A stretch of DNA of 52,793 nucleotides, counting the filler, from Squatina squatina (taxonomy: Eukaryota), in NCBI GenBank assembly GCA_031763465.1. It is 3 parts of 3 records of this genome, joined end to end, with 100 filler letters (N's around TTAATTAATTAA, not from the genome) between each part and the next. Parts side by side here need not be neighbours in the genome. Positions count along the whole stretch, not along the records: positions 37,879 to 52,793 come from JARFOE010000233.1; 2 more parts are not named here. One strand, given 5' to 3'. The first letter of the stretch is position 1, and each line of letters opens with the position of its first letter. The notes below the pieces were generated by a model, which saw only the letters and a list, made by a program, of their open reading frames with translations, did no database searches and was not told the DNA's origin. Made by a program: the position numbers and the translations under genes. Positions 45,513 through 52,793 of the stretch are shown here, piece by piece.

Positions 45513-46161
45513 AAATTTTGAAAAACAGATGAGGACTTTGATGGGGCGGGCTACAGAAGAAGGCTGATGGGTATGCACAATGAAATGCTTGGTGACAGAA
45601 AGCCTGCGTGCAATGTCAAAGACGACGGAGGAGTCAGGCACCAAATTGACACAGGGCTTTGCGCAGAGCTTGGAGTCCCTCCTTTCCAGCATGGAAATGG
45701 TGGCTACCTCGGTCAGGATACCTATGGAACCAGCCATGATGCAGCTTCTGATGGCCGATGTCTCAGCTTCCATTGCAGCACAAGCAGTAGCCACCCAACG
45801 CCTGGGTGCTGCAGTGGAAGCTCAGACTTCTGTCACATAAGGTCAGCTTGCTGCCATGCAAGCTTAGACTGCTGCCATCATGACCATGGACTACAGTGTT
45901 TAAAGTGGCTTGCAGGATGTCACAGCAGTCCAGCAATTTGTCCTCCGACAGATTACTAGGATTGCTGAGGTGGCGTCCTGGGGGAGTGGCAGTGGTTTCC
46001 TGGAGCACGACCCTGCTGTCCTCTCTCAGGATGACAGCATTTGTCCTCCCACCACTGCCACACCACCAGTGCCCTTGCTGTTGCCTGTCAGCCAGCCAGC
46101 CCAGACTTCTGCCACCTATGCCAAGATGGCGTAGTCTGCAGCTGAGCCTTCTAGGCTCAAA
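45513..46161 (+). pseudogene. Decayed ORF, probably a transposon accessory gene relic
   Basis: One frame (45580-46160) reads as Ala/Gln/Ser-rich helical then Pro-rich protein through four in-frame stops. GC is higher than the flanks, and gaps bound both sides. Confidence 0.55.
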
Positions 46162-47279
46162 NNNNNNNNNNNNNNNNNNNNNNNNNNNNNNNNNNNNNNN
46201 NNNNNNNNNNNNNNNNNNNNNNNNNNNNNNNNNNNNNNNNNNNNNNNNNNNNNNNNNNNNNTGCACCTTGTAATTTTGTCAGCTCTGTTTTAAAAATGTA
46301 TTTAAAGTGCACTTTAATGGGAACAGTTCCTTTGAAGGTGACACATACATTTAGAAATGCAGGTTTTAACATTTTTGAGAACAGAACTATGTTGAGGAAG
46401 CATTATGCAGAGTAGCAATTTTGTATGTTCTTGTAATGCATCAAGAAATGTGGGGAGCTTTCAGATGCAATTATGTCTGAGATCAAGAACAGGTTTTGTG
46501 GAGTGGGAGCTTCATTCTGATACTGTTTTATATAGTACACATTCTTTTCTTACAGTGTTAGCTTTTAGACTTTTTAACAATTTAAGTATCCCCCAGGGAA
46601 CAATTTGTGTGTGTTATCCATCAGATTACAAACAGAGCTAAGGCTGGATTCCAATCTTAAATTGCTAAAATACTGCAAAATGTCTGCAAAGAAGAAAATA
46701 TACAAAAGTGTAGCAAAGGAAAGCATTAAATTACGCAAAAGTAAGTTAATGTCTTCATTTCAATCAGATGAGGAGTTTTATGAATTGATCGGGTGCATCA
46801 GAGATTGGTTGATACCTATCACAATTTATCAAAAATAAACGGTAAATTGCAAAAGTGGATGGAACTATTATGATTGTCATTTTAGGCTTCTTGAAAAGAT
46901 ACATGTTTTATAAGAACAAGAGAAAATTGATTTATAATGTAACATTTACTTGTCTAATCTAAAAAATGATTAACTTGTCATAAACATGCATAAAGATTGG
47001 ATAAGGCTGGAGTTGTGCGTGTTATAAATTGGCTTTGTGTAAAGTTACCAAAAACAAGCTTGGAGAAACATATCATATATAAGAATTCCTTTGTAGAAAA
47101 AGATCTGTGAAAGAGAATCTAGTCGGTGCTAAATTGCTTATGAGAAATCGTATGAGATTTAAATATGTTCTTACCTGTGCTAGAAGCAGGCATTTAAATG
47201 ATTCATTTTCAAAGGAAAGGTATAGAACCTACATGGATGTCTATTTTACAATGGCATTCAGCCTTTCTCTTTTTTTAAA

Positions 47280-47394
47280 ATTCGTTCCTGGGATGTGGGC
47301 GTCGCTGGCAAGGCCGACATTTATTGCCCATCCCTAGTTGCCCTTGAGAAGGTGGTGATGAGCCGCCTTCTTGAATCGCTGCAGTCCTTGTGGT
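47280..47394 (-). mobile_element. Non-LTR retrotransposon 3' end (clade not assigned)
   Basis: Minus strand encodes PQGLQRFKKAAHHHLLKGN*, a LINE ORF2-type end, followed by gggatgggcaataaatg. A second copy is at 42040. Confidence 0.75.
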
Positions 47395-49778
47395 NNNNNN
47401 NNNNNNNNNNNNNNNNNNNNNNNNNNNNNNNNNNNNNNNNNNNNNNNNNNNNNNNNNNNNNNNNNNNNNNNNNNNNNNNNNNNNNNNNNNNNNNTAGAGG
47501 AAACTCTGCCTCTACCTGTCCACCCTGTTTCACGTGTAGTGCCACCTGCGATCTGCACCCCTCCGCTGCTCTCACTTTCCAGCTCCCCCCTCTGCAGCTC
47601 CCCTCTGGGCAGCTCCCCTCTTTGCTGTCTGGCTACATGATTCTGAACAGTAGGCTGGTGCTGGTCATATTGGGCCCTGTCCGAGGTCCAGTCTAAGGCA
47701 GGCAAAGCTCCACCCATCCTGATGAGATGAGAAAAACTGCAAATGTAGAAAGCAAACTCTCACCAAAAGTACTGTGAGCAAACCCTTTCCCACTATCAGG
47801 TAAGAAAGCATCAGTGAGCACTGAGTATTTATTGCAGTATTTCCTTGAGTTTGATTCAGCCCCCTCAATTGACGCTGTGTTCTTGCCTTGCTTTTACTGT
47901 TGATTTTCAGAAACCCCAGAAACCTGTGGATGTGCCGTTAAATTTGAAAGTGAGTTGAAATATCGCTCTAATTGAGCGATTAACATATGTTAATGGGCAA
48001 CCCGCCTCTCCCTAATGTGCTCAAGTTAAAGTCAACGGGTTGAAGCCAGATTCCTGATGCGTGCACATTTTTCCAGATTTAACCCCCTACCTGCGCCACG
48101 TGCTCCTCCAGATTAAAATTCCCCTAGGCATGTCAAAACCAATAAGAACTATGATAATTCAGGGACTGCAATGATCTGTATCTGGTGTTGAATCACAACC
48201 TCAATGTTGAGGAACAGCAAAGTCACAGACATTGGTCACACCTCCATATTTTTCTTCAGGATCATTGGTTACATAGTCAGACAATATGAACAGGCAGTTG
48301 GAGCAGACTAGTCTCTGAACAGTGGGAATATACTTTTGCTATCATTTTATTATTCTCTAGAGTATCTCCATTTAATTCCCTAGTTGCCCTTTGAAAGCAA
48401 CTTCAAGCACACAGAGAAAGCTCTTAACTTGCTGGAAGGAGTTTTTACCANNNNNNNNNNNNNNNNNNNNNNNNNNNNNNNNNNNNNNNNNNNNNNNNNN
48501 NNNNNNNNNNNNNNNNNNNNNNNNNNNNNNNNNNNNNNNNNNNNNNNNNNATGTCACATGTTAGATGTACATTGTCCCCTATATTTTGTTTCCATGGTGA
48601 CAGACTCTGTTAGATGACTGCTTTCCTCAGCTCCTTCAAAATGATTGCATCCTATTTTTCCATCACATTACAAGAGGCTGTTTTCATTCTCACTTCCTGA
48701 CCATATTAAACGTAAAAAAAGAGATTGAATTACTCTGCTGTACAGTCTATATCTGATAAGGATTTAAGAGCTGAGATTGATGTACTGGAGACGTTTGTTT
48801 TCTTCTTTTTCTCAAGAAAACCAAAGCATTTATCATGAATTTTACTTTTATACTGACCATTCAACTAGTCAAGTAGCATTTGTACACCTGGGGGTAAATA
48901 TAGCATTTCTCCCACTCCATTGATAAAGCAATATTCTAAGCATTGCTTTGTTTGGTCTCTGCAACTCAACAATAAAAATATTCCCAATGTGATGTGTTGC
49001 ACCAGATATTTCAGTTATGAAATAGTTGCTTTGCTGCAGGATTCGACCTGCACACTCAGGATAATGAGGACATGTGTCCACGAGTTCACTTTATAAATGA
49101 ATAGAACTTTAGTTAGTGTGATGATAACATGTTATATTCCTGTAGTTAATAATGAACATGGAAATTTATGCTGTCCAGTAGTAACTGAAAGAAAAGGAAA
49201 TCTTATCTTTGTCATGACATGATACTGTGATTTGAAGCTTTTGAAGACTGTAGGTCTAATTTATGGTCTAATATTTTAATAAAACAGAAATAGTTCAGTT
49301 TTGTTAGTTTTTTTTCCTAAAATAATTTTATGAATTGCAGTTGCTTTGCATGTAGATCTGTGCATTTCTGAAGATGATGCTTAATATAGACTTGTATTCA
49401 GATTCAGACTCAGACTCTGATTCAGCACACATGTGATAGTTTAGATAATGTAGACAAAACCTAAGAGACTTGCAGAGGGAATACACTGTAGTCAAAGGGT
49501 CGATTCTTAAAGGGCCATTGTTGCCCTCAGCGNNNNNNNNNNNNNNNNNNNNNNNNNNNNNNNNNNNNNNNNNNNNNNNNNNNNNNNNNNNNNNNNNNNN
49601 NNNNNNNNNNNNNNNNNNNNNNNNNNNNNNNNGAAACAAAAAAAGCACATTTAAAGTAGTAAATCAACCCTTGGTTTTTCACAGGATCGTTGATTTTAGT
49701 TTATTTTAAATATGCCGAAGTAGGGTTAAGAAGTCTTAAGTGAATGTATGAGAAAAATAAATACCGTCTTTTTAAACG

Positions 49779-50962
49779 AACATAAGAAATTGGAGCAGGA
49801 GTAGTTCATTCGGCTCCTTGAGCCTACTCTGCCATTCAATGAGATCATGGCTGATCGTCCACCTGACCTCCACCTTCCAGCACTACCCCCATATCCCTTC
49901 ATTGCCTTTATCCAAAAATCTATCCATTTGTCTTGAATATGCTCAATGACTAAGCCTCCACAGCTCTCTCGGTTAGAGAATTCCAAAGATATACAACTCT
50001 TTCGGCAAAGAAATTCCTCCTCATCTCAAGTCATCAATGGCTGACCCCTTATTCTGATATTGTGACCCCTACTTCTAGACGCCCCAGCCAGGGGAAACAA
50101 CCTCCCAGTATCTACCCTGTCAAGCCCTGTAAGAATTTTACGTTTCAATGAGATCACCTCTCATTCTTCTAAATTCTCAGGAATATAGGCCGAGGGCAAG
50201 AAATTAATCTCCTGTTGCACCCCATTAGTGCCTCCGAGGGGTACTAAAGGGGCGAAACAGGAAGAAAATGGCACTGGGAGGTGGCCATCTTGCCTCCTGA
50301 GAAATTCAGCTGGGGCCAAAGGGTTCGTGGCAGGTTGGCGCATGATGTCATAAAGATGCGTGCTGACCCGCGTAGCCGCAACCCCCTTTACAGCCCGTTT
50401 GCATCCCATGGATAGAATTCACTCGCAGGACGCGACTGCAGCGCTGAGCGGTTGGAGAGACAGGGAAATCTGTCGCTGCAATGGCCCTCTTAAAGGGGAG
50501 GGCCTGTGTGCTTGCGGCCGCCATCTTTATTTATCAGCCGACTTTGTTGTCAACCAAATGATGGTGGCCCACGGCCAGACCGGGCCACCATCCCCTCCAT
50601 GCCAGGCTGGTGGCCCGGTCGCCAGTGTTCCTGGTGGCGCAATGTCGAGCAGGGAGCCCTCAGGATGGCCGGCGGTCCTCCCTTTTAAGGGAGGCCTGGC
50701 AGTGACACGGCGTAACTGACATCGCCGATGTGGCGCTGAGGCCACACCAGTGACGTACAAGGCCAGACGCCCCAGTTTCGGTCGGGAGCGCACTGCGGCT
50801 TGCTCCCGCCCCGGAACGACAAATTCTGCGGTGGGCGGGACCCGGCGCATGAAATGCCGGTTTCTGCCCTGTGGGCATCCCAAAGGGGTGTGAATGAAGT
50901 TCGGCCCCCTAGTCTCCTCAACCTCTTTTCATAGGACAATTCCCCTTATCCCAGGAATCAGT
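49779..50962 (-). mobile_element. CR1 LINE 3' portion split by a nested MITE
   Basis: 49779-50190 is a reverse-complement CR1 tail and ORF2 end. CR1 sequence resumes at 50909 (ctagtctcctcaacctcttttcatagg...cccaggaatcagt). Confidence 0.85.
50194..50908 (+). mobile_element. Complete GC-rich PIF/Harbinger-like MITE nested in CR1
   Basis: Imperfect TIRs GGGCAAGAAATT / AAGTTCGGCCCC and a 3-bp flank CGA/CTA (putative TSD, one mismatch). A homolog lies at 39240-39920. Confidence 0.75.
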
Positions 50963-51419
50963 AAGGTTAGGGCACGTGGTAGTGACATATTTTTGGATCC
51001 TATTATGGCGTGCTAAGTCCAATAGTGGCCAAGGCTAGGTAAGAGGTTGGACCATGGAACAATGTCTAATAATTATTTGACTGCTATTGACAATTCACAG
51101 AGAATCATAATCTTCAATCTCATAAAATGCAGAAATAAGTCGAAAATTTAAAACATAGAAATTTCTGGACACCATTTAAAAATCTACACTGCTCCAGTCT
51201 ATAAAAATGGGTTGGTGTCTATGCATACACTAGTCAGAGATTGTGTAGTTTTTTTTAACTTGAGGGGAAAGATCTTATTGGAAACCCACTAGCAGAATAA
51301 CTGTTGCTTCTTTGGTGGTGAGTAGGGGAAGAGTTGTGTTGTACAAACTTGCCATATAATTGTACACTTTATTGTGGTACCACTTCTGGATTATCACAAG
51401 TAACATAGTGATTGTTTTT

Positions 51420-51805
51420 GAGCCTGAAGTGGAGGCCATGTGATTCTTCACACTCTCGTGCAGTACTAAGGGAGTTGCTGCACTCGGGTGTCGTCTTTCG
51501 GATGAGATGTTAAACTAGGGCCCCTTCTGCCCTCTCAGGTGGATGTAAAAGATCCCCATGGCACTACTTGAAGAGCAGGGCAATTCCCTGGTGTCCCGGC
51601 CAACAGTTATCCCTCAACCAATACCTAAAAAAACTATTTTGTTATTAGCAGGTTGCTGTTTGAGAGATTACTGTGCACAATTTGGCTGCCGTGTTTCCCA
51701 TATTACAACAGTGACTACGCTTTAAAAGTACTTCATTGGTTATAAAGCACTTCGGGACAGTCTAAAGTCATAAATGCAAGTATTTCTTTCATTCTTCTTT
51801 CTTCT
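51420..51805 (+). mobile_element. Deu-domain SINE
   Basis: Colinear with 24680-25050 (gtctttcggatgagatgttaaac...aaagtacttcattggttataaagcac). Confidence 0.87.
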
Positions 51806-52793
51806 CTTATAAAGACACTTTATAAATAGGCTCAATTCCTAGAACAGCCAGTATACTGTTCACCTATTGTATACTGTGATCTGTCTGAACGCTACCATTT
51901 TCAGCCTGTGCAATTTGAAAAATTCAGGAGTTATAAATTACCTACCAGGCGGTTTCTTTTTAGTGATATAGCCATGGTAGAACGTATTACACCAGAACTC
52001 CAGTTTAGCCCTGTCTACAGCCATACAAAATCTCTAAGCGCATAATGAGCACTATAGAAACATAGGGCGTTAATTGTGAAATGTTATCTATCGTAACAAA
52101 ATCTCACCATATCCAAAACAGGCGGAATAGGTGTTATTGATTGGCCACTGAGGGAAACCGAGAAAGCAGCAAGTTAAAGTTCAGTTACAGTAAGAAGCCA
52201 GCTCATCTTGAAATTGATGTAGACCTGATATAGATTCAAAGAGTTGTTTGAAGACTGGCTAATGCAGAGGAGATATTGTATTCTCACCTCTTTATGACTA
52301 AACAATGAAAGATTAGTGCTCAGACTCTTCATGTAAATAGGCCATAATTTCACTATCATGGCAGTGTCACTTGATTCACTATCGGAACAGTGTCATTGAC
52401 ATGCCATGTGAATTATGACATTGGAATTTTTCACTCTCAAGATTCAATGTGTCTGAGTGAATGTTATTTATTAAACCCATCAGTTAAAGTTGTTAAATAA
52501 TAGGATACAAGCTGGGAAGCAATGAGAAACCAAAAATAAATCAAACAACATGATAAGGGCTACTGGAATAAATCATCTTAACCATGTCACAAGTGGTTTA
52601 TTTTTCATTACCATTGATTCTGTGTCATGCATTCTATTTATACAGTGGCCCATGTTTAATATTGTCTTGCAGCTAGTGTTATTCTGCTCTTTGCATCTGA
52701 CGAATGTTCATTGGTGCATAAGGACACAATTTAATATTCATTTGTGCAGTGGCATGGAGTAGTGCCTGCGGGGTATACAAATTATATTATAAT

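Overview
This is vertebrate genomic DNA, not prokaryotic. The repeat content (Deu-domain SINEs, CR1 LINEs, Penelope-like elements, GC-rich MITEs) suggests a shark or other cartilaginous fish. The assembly is fragmented, with many fixed 100-N gaps. Two artificial spacers (44 N + TTAATTAATTAA + 44 N, at 13195-13294 and 37779-37878) split it into three independent scaffolds. Scaffold 1 (1-13194) holds three 3' exons of CEMIP (+) tail-to-tail with MESD exons 2-3 (-). Scaffold 2 (13295-37778) holds one USP20 exon (+), one CDK8/CDK19 exon (+, probably a misjoin), GPSM1 exons 2-3 (-) and a ~1.7 kb exon of a CEP350-family gene, probably CCDC187 (+). Scaffold 3 (37879-52793) has no recognisable gene, only transposon debris, a decayed ORF and candidate non-coding elements. 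Two observations stand out. First, the CEP350/CCDC187-like exon couples about eight 15-aa acidic proline repeats, including a canonical Ena/VASP-EVH1 ligand (EDFPPPPEE), to a CAP-Gly domain with an altered GDHDG motif. Second, the Penelope-like termini carry minimal hammerhead ribozyme motifs. All gene and repeat names come from recalled sequence similarity, not database searches. I found no demonstrably new multi-gene system.
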